A stretch of DNA of 64,000 bases from Eubacteriales bacterium (lineage in GTDB: Bacteria > Bacillota > Clostridia > Lachnospirales > JAKSVV01). The stretch's first letter is position 1. Each line of letters starts with the position of its first letter. A program made the translations under genes and the position numbers. Below are positions 37,347 to 48,327 of the stretch, in pieces. A model generated the notes under the pieces. The model did not search any database, was not told the DNA's origin, and saw nothing but the letters and a program-made list of their open reading frames with translations. Location: NCBI GenBank assembly GCA_031549455.1, contig JAVBPT010000005.1, positions 31,993 to 95,992 of the forward strand, read 5' to 3'.

Positions 37347-37444
37347 CTCATATCTTATGCCATTTTAGCATAAGTAAAAAGAAATGTAAACCACTTGTGA
37401 AATGAAAAAAAACTGATATAATTAGCAGTAATAAGCGGGATATT

Positions 37445-39415
37445 ATGGTAGAAAGAATAAGGGAATTAGTAGAATTAATTAATAAAGCCAATGAAGAGTA
37501 TTACGGAAATGACAACGAGATCATGTCCAATGCAGAATGGGATGCACTTATGGACGAGCTAAGGGAGCTAGAGGAGAAAGAGGGAATCGTTCTTTCAAAC
37601 AGCCCGACGCAAAGCGTAGGGCACAGCATTGCTTCAAAGCTTGAAAAAAAAGCACATGAAGCACAGATGCTCTCCCTTGATAAGACAAAAGAGATTAGAG
37701 ATCTTGAATCCTTTTTGGGAATTTATGAGGGTCTTTTATCTTTTAAGCTGGACGGCTTGACCATTGTGCTGACGTATGAAAATGGAGAGCTAAAAGAAGC
37801 CCTAACACGGGGAGATGGGGCAATGGGAGAGGTGATTACCCAGAATGTAAAGGCATTTAAGAACATACCCCTTTCCATCAAACACAAAGAGAAGATGACC
37901 ATCCGCGGAGAGGCGATCATTAAATATTCAGACTTTGAAAAACTCAACCAGAAGCTTGGTGTGGAAAGCCAATATAAAAATCCGAGAAATCTTTGTAGCG
38001 GTACGGTTAGACAGTTAAATAGTAAGATTGTAGAAGAGCGTAGCGTCTATTTCTATGCCTTTCAGATCGTGGGGTATCAAAAAACCAATCAGAAGGAGGA
38101 TCAGTATAAACTTTTAAAAAATCTGGGTTTTGAAACGGTGGAATATACGCTGACCTCCTCTTTAACCGTGGGGGAAGATGTAGTTGATTTCAAGAAAAAA
38201 CTGCAATACTATGATTTGCCTTCGGATGGGCTGGTTTTGACCTATAACGATATTGAATTCTCCAAAAGTCTTGGCGTGACCTCCAAATTTCCAAGAGATT
38301 CCATTGCATTTAAATGGCAGGACGAACTTGTAAGAACAAGTCTTTTGAGAGTGGACTGGAATGCCTCCAGAACGGGGTTGATTAATCCTGTGGCTATTTT
38401 TACACCAGTGGAGATTGAAGGAACCACAGTAGAGAGAGCAAGCATTCACAATGTGAGCATTTTAAAAGGGCTCAAGCTAGGGATAGGAGATGAGCTTCTG
38501 GTATACAAGGCCAATATGATCATCCCTCAGATCAAAGAGAATAAAACACAGTCCGGAACAGTGGAGATACCAACGGTGTGTCCGGCATGCTCTTTGGGAA
38601 CCCGGGTTAAAAAGAATCATAATACAGAAGAGCTTTATTGCACCAACCCCAATTGTCCGGCCAAAATAGTACAAAGCATAGTTCACTTTGTGGGGCGCAA
38701 TGCAATGAACATAGAAGGGGTCTCTGAGGCCACGATTGAAAAGTTTATTGAACAGGGAATTATAAGGGAAGCACAAGATTTATATGACTTACATAAACAT
38801 AAAGAGGCGATTGTAAAGCTAGAAGGATTTGGTGAAAAATCGTATGAAAATATCATAGCATCGATAGAAAAATCCAGAAAAGTAAAGTTGGCCTATTTGA
38901 TCAATGCACTCGGAATCCCCGGAATCGGACTTGCGAACGCCAAGGTTCTTGCAAGAACATACCATTTCAATCTTCGGGACATCATGGAGGCTTTGGAGAT
39001 GGAGCTGATCAAGATCGATGGGTTTGGAGAGATTCTGGCCCAAAATGTGTATCGGTATTTCCGTGATCCGCAAAATCGAGTGAGAGTAGAGGAGCTCAAA
39101 AAGCGGGTTGAGATTGAAAAGGAAGAAAAGAGGATCATCCAAAATGAATATATTACAGGAAAAACTTTTGTAATCACAGGAGAGCTTACAAGCTTTGAAA
39201 ATAGGGACGAATTAAAAGAAAAGATAGAGGCTTTAGGAGGTAAGGTGACGGGAAGTGTGACCAAGAAGACGGATTATCTCATTAACAATGATATGGATTC
39301 GGGATCTACTAAGAACAAGAAAGCAAAAGAGTTGGGCGTTCCAATTCTTTCAGAGGAGGAAATCAGAAGAATGCTTACACAAGAGTCTCTTGACAATTTT
39401 CTACAGAAAGAATAG
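37445..39415 (+). CDS. ligA: NAD-dependent DNA ligase
   Basis: It contains KLDG adenylation lysine motif, a Zn-finger Cys cluster (CPAC...C..C), HhH repeats and a C-terminal BRCT. Confidence 0.9.
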   Translation: MVERIRELVELINKANEEYYGNDNEIMSNAEWDALMDELRELEEKEGIVLSNSPTQSVGHSIASKLEKKAHEAQMLSLDKTKEIRDLESFLGIYEGLLSFKLDGLTIVLTYENGELKEALTRGDGAMGEVITQNVKAFKNIPLSIKHKEKMTIRGEAIIKYSDFEKLNQKLGVESQYKNPRNLCSGTVRQLNSKIVEERSVYFYAFQIVGYQKTNQKEDQYKLLKNLGFETVEYTLTSSLTVGEDVVDFKKKLQYYDLPSDGLVLTYNDIEFSKSLGVTSKFPRDSIAFKWQDELVRTSLLRVDWNASRTGLINPVAIFTPVEIEGTTVERASIHNVSILKGLKLGIGDELLVYKANMIIPQIKENKTQSGTVEIPTVCPACSLGTRVKKNHNTEELYCTNPNCPAKIVQSIVHFVGRNAMNIEGVSEATIEKFIEQGIIREAQDLYDLHKHKEAIVKLEGFGEKSYENIIASIEKSRKVKLAYLINALGIPGIGLANAKVLARTYHFNLRDIMEALEMELIKIDGFGEILAQNVYRYFRDPQNRVRVEELKKRVEIEKEEKRIIQNEYITGKTFVITGELTSFENRDELKEKIEALGGKVTGSVTKKTDYLINNDMDSGSTKNKKAKELGVPILSEEEIRRMLTQESLDNFLQKE

Positions 39416-39438
39416 AATGGGGTCAAAAGGAGTGAAAA

Positions 39439-39759
39439 ATGGAAGAAGAAAAAAAGAGTCTTACAGAACTGGAAAAGGGAATGCTGCTTGGATGGTACGC
39501 AGCTATGTTTAGAAAGATCTACGTTCAAACGGGAGGAAACGATATACTGTTATTTATGAAACCAGACCACTTTGGCAAAGAGGGAACCTATTTTGCAAAG
39601 TATATGGGTACCGAATTCGGCTTTCAACTTTTATGTGAAAGGCAAAAAGAGGAGAGGGGCTCGCTATGCATTAGAGATTTACTCGAAGAGCATGCGTCGG
39701 AATTAATGGGATATGTTGAAATAATCGATGAAGGTTTTGATCAAACGGTAATGGAGTAA
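39439..39759 (+). CDS. Hypothetical 106-aa protein
   Basis: The ORF has an RBS (AAAGGAG) and a downstream terminator. No family was recognised. Confidence 0.45.
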   Translation: MEEEKKSLTELEKGMLLGWYAAMFRKIYVQTGGNDILLFMKPDHFGKEGTYFAKYMGTEFGFQLLCERQKEERGSLCIRDLLEEHASELMGYVEIIDEGFDQTVME

Positions 39760-39764
39760 AATGG

Positions 39765-39788
39765 ATACACCTTTCGGGTGTATTTTTT
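39765..39788 (+). terminator. Intrinsic terminator
   Basis: ATACACC-loop-GGTGTAT followed by TTTTT. Confidence 0.8.
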
Positions 39789-39855
39789 GTGTTCCAAAAA
39801 GCAAATCAAAACTTTGGGTGATTGACAAAACATAGTTTTTGGCTATAATAATTTT

Positions 39856-41010
39856 ATGAAAAATAAAGAAGGTTTTGGAATTCTGTTCTATGCATTTATA
39901 ATCTTTTCCCCCCTTTTTACAGGGTTATATTTTGAAAAAGATTTTATTTGGGCTGTCGTTTTTCTTACCATTTTTAGTGTGTGCGCTTGTCTGGTCAACC
40001 GAAGCATTTACTTGGGTGATACCAAGATGGCATGCGTTTTGTTTCTCATTTTACTCTTGCCCTCTTGTAGCCACTTGGTTAACACCCTCATTTTTCATAG
40101 AACAGTGCCCATCACTAGCACGATCTATGGTACATTACAGATTTTGGAGATGCAGATGCTTTACTTTGCGTTGTTACAGCTGAAAAAACTGAACACGCTC
40201 TATTTCACATCTTTTATCACGAAATGTGCAATCATTGTATCTGCGTTGTATCTAAATATAACCCTTTTCTTTCCAAGTTGCTACAGAGAAGGACGGTTTG
40301 AATCCACTTTTGGATATGCCAATACATTAGCGATCTATCTCTTTTTTGCGCTCACATTGCTTCTAAATTTAAAGAATCCATATCCGGGAAAGCCAACAAA
40401 GTGGATGACGTTTAAGATGGCCTCCTCTTTCTTTTTAATCTTAGGTATTGTCTTAACCAATAGCAGGACGGTTTATCTGATTACGCTGGTATACTTTTCC
40501 TATTTCTGTTACCATTTACTTTCAAAACAGGTGTGGAGGAAGATGGCGAGTAAGGCAATACTGGGATCCGTTTTGGTTCTTTCCTTAATGATTTTATTTA
40601 TCTTTGTAAAGTATAGGGATCGGATTGAACTGGACATTATGAAGCGAGACATGAGTTTGCGACTTAGTTACTATAAGGAAGCGGTGGAACTTATTAGAGA
40701 AAATCCACAAGGCTTTGGATATGAGGAGTACTTAAGGTATCAGGTGCGAAAGGAAGGGAAATATCGGTTACGCTTGGTGCATAATGGGCTGCTTCAGATG
40801 TGTTTGAACTACGGGATCCTATCGCTTATTCTTTTTACTTTGCTTCTTTATCTAGCGATTAAAAAGGCAGGGAATACGCGAGGAGAACTTATGTCGTATC
40901 TCTTGGTCCTTGCTCATAGCATGGTGGATATCACCTTTTCTTATATTAGTGTCAACAATATACTCATTATCACAGCGTTTTTGATTTGTTATGATCAACA
41001 AAAACTTTAA
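39856..41010 (+). CDS. O-antigen ligase/polymerase-like (Wzy_C) membrane protein
   Basis: It is polytopic, with LTNSRTV and HNGLLQMCLNYGI motifs resembling O-antigen ligase family loops. Confidence 0.55.
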   Translation: MKNKEGFGILFYAFIIFSPLFTGLYFEKDFIWAVVFLTIFSVCACLVNRSIYLGDTKMACVLFLILLLPSCSHLVNTLIFHRTVPITSTIYGTLQILEMQMLYFALLQLKKLNTLYFTSFITKCAIIVSALYLNITLFFPSCYREGRFESTFGYANTLAIYLFFALTLLLNLKNPYPGKPTKWMTFKMASSFFLILGIVLTNSRTVYLITLVYFSYFCYHLLSKQVWRKMASKAILGSVLVLSLMILFIFVKYRDRIELDIMKRDMSLRLSYYKEAVELIRENPQGFGYEEYLRYQVRKEGKYRLRLVHNGLLQMCLNYGILSLILFTLLLYLAIKKAGNTRGELMSYLLVLAHSMVDITFSYISVNNILIITAFLICYDQQKL

Positions 41011-41070
41011 AAAAAGAGTGGAAAAAGAAAAAAATAGTATTATACTATGTTTAAGTAATTTCTTGGAGGA

Positions 41071-42381
41071 ATGATGGATAAAAAAGATACCAGTTTCGCA
41101 AGTTTTCTGGCCATCACCATTTTGGTGGGCGTGGCCTTGTGTTCTGTTGTTTTTTTCTTCGTATTTAAATATTTTAAAGGCGAGAAAATGCAGCTCAACC
41201 TAGAGGATGTAAACCTAGGAGAGGCAACAGAAGCAACCAAACTCGGGGTGATAGTGGAACTCAGTTTTAATCAAAATAGCCTCTCCATTTTTGACATAGA
41301 AGAAAAGGCGGAAATGGAAGAGATGACCTTGCTTGGTTCAACCAAGTATGTCGATATGGACGATATGATTATGGCAAAGCAGGAAGTATACATTGGCGAT
41401 ATTGTATATGTTACGTACAATGAAGAAAATAAGGCGGTAAACCTAATAAAACAAAATAGGGATGCTTTGAAGATCCAGGATATAGAAAAATTTAGTGTGG
41501 ACTACTTAAATAAGAAGGTGACAGTAGGAAAAGATGTTTACAAAATGGAAGAAACGCTGGTGCTTCATTATAAAAACGAAACAGTCCCTCTATCAGAAGT
41601 GCTTGATCGAGCGATTGTGAGTATGAAAGGATACGGGGACACCATCTACAGTATATCCATTCAAGAATATATGGGTGGAATTCGTTTTATTTATCCTGAC
41701 TATCTGCAAGGCGCAGAGGTTGAGATTGACGGCAAGGGAGCCTTCCCAATTCAAGAAATTGATAAGGTGGCTTTGAAAGCAGGAGAATATAAACTCCTGG
41801 TGAAAAAATTAGACATTGAGTCGATTCCGTTGACGGTCACGGTGAAGGAAAGAGAAATCGAGGAGATCGACCTTAGCAACGTAAACCTGAAAACGGCTTT
41901 GGTTACATTGAAAGTGAACATTGGCGACTATTATGTTCACATCAGTAGAGAGGATAAAATAATTAACCATACGTATACAGACAATCTAAATGATATAACC
42001 GATGTTGAAAAGATTTATAACAATCAGGTGGAGCTTCCACTGGGGAACTACACACTCAATTTTACCAAAAAAGGATTTAAGGACAAGAGTATTCGCATAA
42101 CAGTTGAGCGAAACATGACAGTTAGCGTGCCACTAGAGAGCGATGGCACCACCTTTAAAACGACGATTGAGAGCACACCTGCCAACGCAGAGGTTTATAT
42201 TAACGGGAACTATCTGGGGGATTCCCCGGTTACGACCTATCTATTTAAAGGAACCAATGCGATCACAATTAAAAAGTCAGGGTACGCAGACTTTACACAA
42301 ACGGTTGAGACAACTAAATCAGAGAACTATCATTTTCAGCTTCAAACAGACAATCCTTACCCTGAAGCAGAGAATGAATAA
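41071..42381 (+). CDS. Membrane-anchored PEGA-domain protein
   Basis: It has an N-terminal TM segment and a C-terminal PEGA-like module (TIESTPANAEVYINGNYLGDSPVT...ITIKKSGYADF). Confidence 0.6.
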   Translation: MMDKKDTSFASFLAITILVGVALCSVVFFFVFKYFKGEKMQLNLEDVNLGEATEATKLGVIVELSFNQNSLSIFDIEEKAEMEEMTLLGSTKYVDMDDMIMAKQEVYIGDIVYVTYNEENKAVNLIKQNRDALKIQDIEKFSVDYLNKKVTVGKDVYKMEETLVLHYKNETVPLSEVLDRAIVSMKGYGDTIYSISIQEYMGGIRFIYPDYLQGAEVEIDGKGAFPIQEIDKVALKAGEYKLLVKKLDIESIPLTVTVKEREIEEIDLSNVNLKTALVTLKVNIGDYYVHISREDKIINHTYTDNLNDITDVEKIYNNQVELPLGNYTLNFTKKGFKDKSIRITVERNMTVSVPLESDGTTFKTTIESTPANAEVYINGNYLGDSPVTTYLFKGTNAITIKKSGYADFTQTVETTKSENYHFQLQTDNPYPEAENE

Positions 42382-42417
42382 ATAGAATACAAAAGATAAA
42401 AATGGAAGGAGAGCAAA

Positions 42418-44130
42418 ATGGGTTATAAAGAAAGATATGACAGCTGGCTAGGCTCAGATTCAATCGATGAAGAAACCAAAAATGAGCTCAGAGGATTACA
42501 GGACGAAAAGGAGATTGAGGATCGCTTTTACACAGAGCTTGAGTTTGGCACAGCAGGGATGAGGGGGATTATCGGAGCAGGTACAAACAGAATGAATCGT
42601 TATACGGTTACCAAAGCAACGCAGGGTCTAGCAAATTATATCAAGGCACAACGCGTTTCAATGCCACAGGTGGCGATTAGTTATGATTCTCGTCATATGT
42701 CTAAAGAGTTTGCACACTATGTTTCACTTTGTCTGAATGCAAATGGAATTAAGACCTATATATCCGATGAAATTCGTCCAGTTCCCGTGCTTTCATTTAT
42801 GGTCCGTTATTATAACTGTATAGCAGGGGTCATGATTACTGCAAGCCATAACCCAAAAGAATACAACGGCTATAAAGTATACTGGTCAGATGGGGGCCAA
42901 ATCACCGAACCCATCGATTTAAGAATCATGGAAGAAGTGAACGCCATCAATGATTATTCCACGATTAGGATGCTCAGCGAGGAAGAGGCGAGAGAAAAAG
43001 GACTTTATAACACAGTCGGAAAAGAAGTGGATGATGAGTATATTCAACAAATTAAGAAGGAATCACTCTATCCAAAGATTTGCGAAACTTTTGGAGGAGA
43101 AATTAACATTGTGTACACACCACTAAACGGGGCAGGCAACAAAATGGTGAGAAGAATTTTAGACGAGATGGGATTTGCCAATGTGCATGTTGTGCCAGAA
43201 GAAGAGGCTCCGGATCCAAATTTCACCACTGTCCCAAACCCAAACCCAGAGTATGTGGAGGTTTATAAACTAGGAGTAGAGCTTGCCAAAAAGGTAGAAG
43301 CTGACGTCGTGATTGCAACGGATCCGGATGCGGATCGACTTGGTATGATGGTTAGAGATGCAGGTGGGGAATATCATCTTTTTACAGGAAATATGATTGG
43401 ATCCATTCTAACTGAATATATATTAAGTGAGTTAAAAAATGTAGAAAAATATAAGGGCAATGAAATCATTGTGAAATCCATCGTATCCACCAACCTTGTA
43501 AATGATATTACGAGGGAGCATGGGGCGACACTTGTCAATGTCCTAACGGGGTTTAAGTACATAGGAGAGGAAATTAATCGGTGTGAAAATGAAAGAGACT
43601 ACTCTTTTGCTTTCGGCTTTGAAGAGAGCTATGGTTATTTAAAAGGAACCCATGTGCGGGACAAAGATGCTGTGGTGATTAGTATGCTTGTGGCAGAACT
43701 AATGGCCTTTTGTAAGAGCAAAGGTATCACCGTGTTTGAATACATGGAGAATATCTATAAGAAATATGGCTACTATGAAGACTTGGTGAAATCATTTGTC
43801 TATTCTGGCAAAGAGGGGGCAGACAAAATAAAGTCACTGATGAAGGCATATCGTGAGAACGTACGCAAGGAGATAGCAGGGATTGGTGTAACAGAGTTTA
43901 TTGATTATGAAAACGATACCAAAACCAATCTGCTTCTAAAAACAGTGTGCTCAACAGGACTACCAAGATCCAATGTCTTATATTACACCCTTTCGGATGG
44001 AAGCTTTATCTGTGTAAGGCCATCCGGGACAGAACCAAAGATAAAATATTACTTTAGCATAAAGGGCGAGAATAAAATGGAGGCAAAAGAAAAGTTGGAA
44101 AAAATATTCAAAGATTTTTGTAAAGAATAA
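42418..44130 (+). CDS. Phosphoglucomutase/phosphomannomutase family (alpha-D-phosphohexomutase)
   Basis: It contains the TASHNPKEYNGYK phosphoserine loop, DPDADR and GFEESYG motifs. Confidence 0.85.
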   Translation: MGYKERYDSWLGSDSIDEETKNELRGLQDEKEIEDRFYTELEFGTAGMRGIIGAGTNRMNRYTVTKATQGLANYIKAQRVSMPQVAISYDSRHMSKEFAHYVSLCLNANGIKTYISDEIRPVPVLSFMVRYYNCIAGVMITASHNPKEYNGYKVYWSDGGQITEPIDLRIMEEVNAINDYSTIRMLSEEEAREKGLYNTVGKEVDDEYIQQIKKESLYPKICETFGGEINIVYTPLNGAGNKMVRRILDEMGFANVHVVPEEEAPDPNFTTVPNPNPEYVEVYKLGVELAKKVEADVVIATDPDADRLGMMVRDAGGEYHLFTGNMIGSILTEYILSELKNVEKYKGNEIIVKSIVSTNLVNDITREHGATLVNVLTGFKYIGEEINRCENERDYSFAFGFEESYGYLKGTHVRDKDAVVISMLVAELMAFCKSKGITVFEYMENIYKKYGYYEDLVKSFVYSGKEGADKIKSLMKAYRENVRKEIAGIGVTEFIDYENDTKTNLLLKTVCSTGLPRSNVLYYTLSDGSFICVRPSGTEPKIKYYFSIKGENKMEAKEKLEKIFKDFCKE

Positions 44131-44192
44131 AATGGGGAGCGGTTATGGAGAATGAAAAATCGGAACTAAAAAAGTAAGTTGGGAAGGTACAT

Positions 44193-45254
44193 ATGAGGAG
44201 TGTTAGATTAGATTTAATCAAAGATGGAGACGTATTGGCCAAGGCAGTCTATGATGAGCTGGGCAGGGTGCTACTGCACTCTGGAAGTGCAATCAGAACA
44301 TCTTATATTGATAAACTAAAACTGCTGGGTGTAGAGAGAGTCTACATCCAGGATGAGATCTCAGAAGGAATCGAAATAAAGGACGTTGCCACCACCGAAA
44401 CCTTACAGGCAGGAAAAGTGGCAATTAAAGAGATGTTTAAGAACTATATTATTAAACAAAAAATAGAGTTTATCAGCCTGTATAACGTTGTGACCAACGT
44501 TTTGGAAGAAATCTTATCCAACAATGATTATGTAGTCAATATTTATAAATTGAGGTCGAAAAAGAGAGACATATTTGAACACTGCATCAATGTAAGCATC
44601 ACCGCCACGGTGGTTGGATCGTATATCTTTAATGTACGAAAATTAAAAGACCTCACACTGGGAGCAATGGTGCATGACATGGGTTATTTATTAATCCCAG
44701 ATGCCATCTTAAATAAGCCGGGGAAGTTGACGGCAGAAGAGAAAAAGATTATGCAAAAACATGCTCAACTGGGATACAATATTTTTAACTCCGATATTAA
44801 CTTTCCCGTGTATGCCAAAAATATCGTACAACTCCATCATGAAAAATGTGATGGAAGTGGTTACCCATTTGGAATCAAAAAAGATCAGATTAGTGAACTC
44901 ACAAGGCTGGTTACGATTTGCGATAAGTTTGACAACATGATGAATCCAAAACCATGGATGCAAAAAAGGAGAACCTATGAAGTGTTTGAAGAGTTGGAGC
45001 AATTGACCCAAACAGAGCTTGATCCTGACCTGTTTGAACATTTTAAAAAACATGTGGCCGTTTATCCAACAGGACAGGCTGTTTTACTTAGTAATGGCTG
45101 TAAGGGAATTGTGTCGAGACAAAATCTGAAGATGTTGACAAGACCAGTTGTCAGAGTGGTGATCGATTCAAAAGGGAACAAAGAGAAAGTGCCATACGAG
45201 TATGATTTGATGAGAGAAAGAACGTTGTTTATTATAGATGAAATTGAATTGTAG
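44193..45254 (+). CDS. HD-GYP domain protein (probable cyclic-di-GMP phosphodiesterase)
   Basis: It contains HDMGY and HHEKCDGSGYPFG motifs. Confidence 0.8.
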   Translation: MRSVRLDLIKDGDVLAKAVYDELGRVLLHSGSAIRTSYIDKLKLLGVERVYIQDEISEGIEIKDVATTETLQAGKVAIKEMFKNYIIKQKIEFISLYNVVTNVLEEILSNNDYVVNIYKLRSKKRDIFEHCINVSITATVVGSYIFNVRKLKDLTLGAMVHDMGYLLIPDAILNKPGKLTAEEKKIMQKHAQLGYNIFNSDINFPVYAKNIVQLHHEKCDGSGYPFGIKKDQISELTRLVTICDKFDNMMNPKPWMQKRRTYEVFEELEQLTQTELDPDLFEHFKKHVAVYPTGQAVLLSNGCKGIVSRQNLKMLTRPVVRVVIDSKGNKEKVPYEYDLMRERTLFIIDEIEL

Positions 45255-45262
45255 AGGGCATT

Positions 45263-47467
45263 ATGTTTGATGACATGTTTGAAAGGTTAAAAAGCAAAAT
45301 AAGTGAATACAATTCGGATGCCGATTTTACGATGCTTGAAAAGGCATATAAAATTGCGGGAGAGGCGCATCGAAACCAAACCAGAAAGTCAGGGGAACCC
45401 TATATTCTCCATCCGCTTGAAACGGCTTTCATCATTGCGGAGTTAGAGCTGGATATGGAGAGTCTGGTGGCTTCTATTCTACATGACGTGGTGGAAGACA
45501 CAGAAGCAACCTATGATTCTGTGAAGAGTGAGTTTGGTGAAGAGGTGGCAAATCTGGTGGAAGGGGTCACCAAGCTAACGGCGATCACCTATAAAGAGGC
45601 CACCAACGTTGACAAACAAGAAATTCAGGCAGAGAACTACCGGAAGATGTTTCTTGCGATGTCAAGTGACATTCGTGTCATCCTGATTAAGCTTGCAGAT
45701 CGTCTCCACAATATGCGTACCCTAAAATATCTTTCAGAGGAGAAACAGCAAGAGATTGCAAAGGAAACGTTGAATATTTATGCTCCCCTGGCGAATCGTC
45801 TGGGGATTTCCAAAATTAAGATTGAACTCGAGGATTTATCGCTTCGTTATCTACAACCCGAAATTTATTATGATCTAGTCAATAAGATTAACATTCGAAA
45901 AAGTGAAAGAGAAGAGATTGTAAATCAGGTCATTCACCAGCTTGAAACAGAGCTTGCCAAATCCAATATAAAAGGAGAAGTGCAGGGAAGAGCAAAACAC
46001 TTTTTTAGTATTTATAAAAAAATGCACTCAAAAAACAAAACATTAGATGAGATCTACGATCTTTTTGCAGTAAGGGTAATTGTAACCACGATTAGGGATT
46101 GTTATGAAGTTTTGGGTATTATGCATGAGTTTTATAAACCCCTACCCGGGCGATTTAAAGACTATATTGCGATGCCGAAGGCCAACATGTATCAGTCTCT
46201 TCATAGCACATTGCTTGATAAAAAGGGAAATCCATTTGAGGTTCAAATCAGAACCTATGACATGCATAGAATCGCAGAAAACGGGATTGCCGCGCACTGG
46301 ATGTATAAAGAGGGGATCAAAAATACAAACGATCGTCTTGCGGAAAAGCTTACTTGGTTAAAAGAGGTGCTTGAGTGGAAAAAGACAGCTTCCACCAACT
46401 CAAATGAGTTTGTCAATAACATTAAGTTAGAGCTGGATGTCTTTAACGATGAAGTGTATGTGTTCTCTCCGAGGGGGGATGTTGTGGCGCTTCCTCAAGG
46501 ATCGACCCCAATCGACTTTGCTTATTACATACACTCCGCTGTGGGGAATAAGATGGTGGGTGCAAAGGTAAACGATAAGATTGTGACATTTGATTATACG
46601 CTTAAAACAGGGGATCGGATTGAAATTATTACTTCTCAGAATTCGAAAGGACCAAACAGAGACTGGCTTTCTATGGTGAAGACTCAGCAGGCCAGAAGCA
46701 AAATATCGATGTGGTTTAAACAACTTTCAAAGGATGAATCTATTGTAAAGGGAAAAGAATTACTCGAGGAAGCAGCAAAGAAAAAGGGGATAAGACTGGA
46801 GGAACTATTAAGACCCAAATGGAAAGAGCAGGTATTACAGAAGTATGGCGTCAAGGACTTTGATGCGATCTATACCCTCATAGGGCATGGGGACTTAAAG
46901 GAAAGCCAGATCGTCAATAAATTATATAGTTATTATGAAAAGGAAAACCAAAAAGAGATCACGGTTGATGAGGTGCTAGAAAAGAGCATTAAAGAAAGGC
47001 AGGGGGGAGATAAGGCCAAAAGTGGTGTATTGATCAGTGAGATTGGAGATGTGGCCATCAACCATGCGAAGTGTTGTAATCCCATCCCGGGAGATGAGAT
47101 CGTTGGATACATTACAAAGGGGAGAGGCGTTTCTGTACATCGAACAGACTGTAGAAATATTATTCTGCTATCAGGAGATGAAAAAAGGAAGCTGCTTCCG
47201 GCAGAATGGAAGAAAGGACAGACCAATGTGTACTATCGATCGGACATTCGAATTATTGCTACGGATAGAAAAGGTCTGCTGGTTGATGTGACCAAAGCCA
47301 TTAGTGACGCCAAGATTCCGATTAAGCTATTTGATGCCAAGACCATTGAAAAACAAGCCATCTTTACAGTGGCGGTTGAATTATTGAATAGGGAACAATT
47401 AGAGAAACTGATCAATAGTATTAAACGGATTAAAAATGTGATGGATGTGGTAAGAATAAGTGGGTGA
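45263..47467 (+). CDS. relA: Bifunctional (p)ppGpp synthetase/hydrolase
   Basis: It has the HD hydrolase (ILHDVVEDT), the synthetase domain (YIAMPKANMYQSLHST), and TGS and ACT regions. Confidence 0.9.
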   Translation: MFDDMFERLKSKISEYNSDADFTMLEKAYKIAGEAHRNQTRKSGEPYILHPLETAFIIAELELDMESLVASILHDVVEDTEATYDSVKSEFGEEVANLVEGVTKLTAITYKEATNVDKQEIQAENYRKMFLAMSSDIRVILIKLADRLHNMRTLKYLSEEKQQEIAKETLNIYAPLANRLGISKIKIELEDLSLRYLQPEIYYDLVNKINIRKSEREEIVNQVIHQLETELAKSNIKGEVQGRAKHFFSIYKKMHSKNKTLDEIYDLFAVRVIVTTIRDCYEVLGIMHEFYKPLPGRFKDYIAMPKANMYQSLHSTLLDKKGNPFEVQIRTYDMHRIAENGIAAHWMYKEGIKNTNDRLAEKLTWLKEVLEWKKTASTNSNEFVNNIKLELDVFNDEVYVFSPRGDVVALPQGSTPIDFAYYIHSAVGNKMVGAKVNDKIVTFDYTLKTGDRIEIITSQNSKGPNRDWLSMVKTQQARSKISMWFKQLSKDESIVKGKELLEEAAKKKGIRLEELLRPKWKEQVLQKYGVKDFDAIYTLIGHGDLKESQIVNKLYSYYEKENQKEITVDEVLEKSIKERQGGDKAKSGVLISEIGDVAINHAKCCNPIPGDEIVGYITKGRGVSVHRTDCRNIILLSGDEKRKLLPAEWKKGQTNVYYRSDIRIIATDRKGLLVDVTKAISDAKIPIKLFDAKTIEKQAIFTVAVELLNREQLEKLINSIKRIKNVMDVVRISG

Positions 47468-47470
47468 GAG

Positions 47471-47920
47471 ATGAAAATTGTACTTCAAAGAGTGAGACAG
47501 GCAAGTGTCAGTGTAGGCGGAAAGACGATTGGAGAAATCAAAAGAGGCATTGCAATTCTATTTGGCATTACACAAAAAGATGAGGCAGATGAACAAAATT
47601 TAGTAGAGCAAATGGTTAAAAAAACGATCCAAATGAGAATATTTGAGGATGCAAATGACAAGATGAATCTTTCTCTTTTGGATATTCAGGGCGAGATTTT
47701 GGTGATTCCGAATTTCACACTCTATGGAGACGCAAAAAAAGGAACAAGACCAAGTTATACAGACGCAGCAGAAAAACCAGTGGCGCAAAAAATATATCAA
47801 CATTTTCTACACGATTTGAGGGAACAATATCCCTATAAAGTGGCAGAAGGGGCATTTGGATCCGAAATGGAACTCAGTTTGAGTTGTGATGGGCCGGTTA
47901 CGATTATATTAGAATTATAG
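47471..47920 (+). CDS. dtd: D-aminoacyl-tRNA deacylase
   Basis: It starts MKIVLQRV, contains the SQFTLYGD-like NFTLYGD motif, and has the size typical of Dtd. Confidence 0.85.
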   Translation: MKIVLQRVRQASVSVGGKTIGEIKRGIAILFGITQKDEADEQNLVEQMVKKTIQMRIFEDANDKMNLSLLDIQGEILVIPNFTLYGDAKKGTRPSYTDAAEKPVAQKIYQHFLHDLREQYPYKVAEGAFGSEMELSLSCDGPVTIILEL

Positions 47921-47928
47921 GAGGTTAC

Positions 47929-48315
47929 ATGGAAAGCAAAGAATGTGTATTCTGTAAAATTGTTAGAGCAGAAATTCCGACCTACAAATTGTACGAGGAC
48001 GAAAACTTCATCGTGATTCTGGATATTCATCCACAATCAACAGGTCATATGTTGGTCATACCGAAGGGTCATTATGACAATATTTATGAAATTGAAGAGG
48101 AAAAAATGAATGATCTCATGAAGGTGACAAAGCGGATGGCAGTCTTGCTCAAAGAAAAATTCAGTCCGGAGGGTTTAAATATCATCCAAAATAATGGGAC
48201 GATTGCTGGACAAACGGTGATGCATTTTCATATGCATATCATTCCGAAGTATGAGGATAAAAAAGAGAACGAAAAAGACATTGAAAAAATATATACGATG
48301 TTAGTAAATAATTAG
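47929..48315 (+). CDS. HIT-family nucleotide hydrolase
   Basis: It contains the CVFCKI and HFHMHIIP histidine-triad motifs. Confidence 0.85.
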   Translation: MESKECVFCKIVRAEIPTYKLYEDENFIVILDIHPQSTGHMLVIPKGHYDNIYEIEEEKMNDLMKVTKRMAVLLKEKFSPEGLNIIQNNGTIAGQTVMHFHMHIIPKYEDKKENEKDIEKIYTMLVNN

Positions 48316-48327
48316 GAGGAAATGATA

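Noticed and set aside
37347-37444. A possible T-box or other leader upstream of argS.
   Set aside because: The divergent spacer to ligA is only ~98 bp. It has no T-box sequence or terminator/antiterminator and only promoter-like elements (TGATATAAT for ligA).
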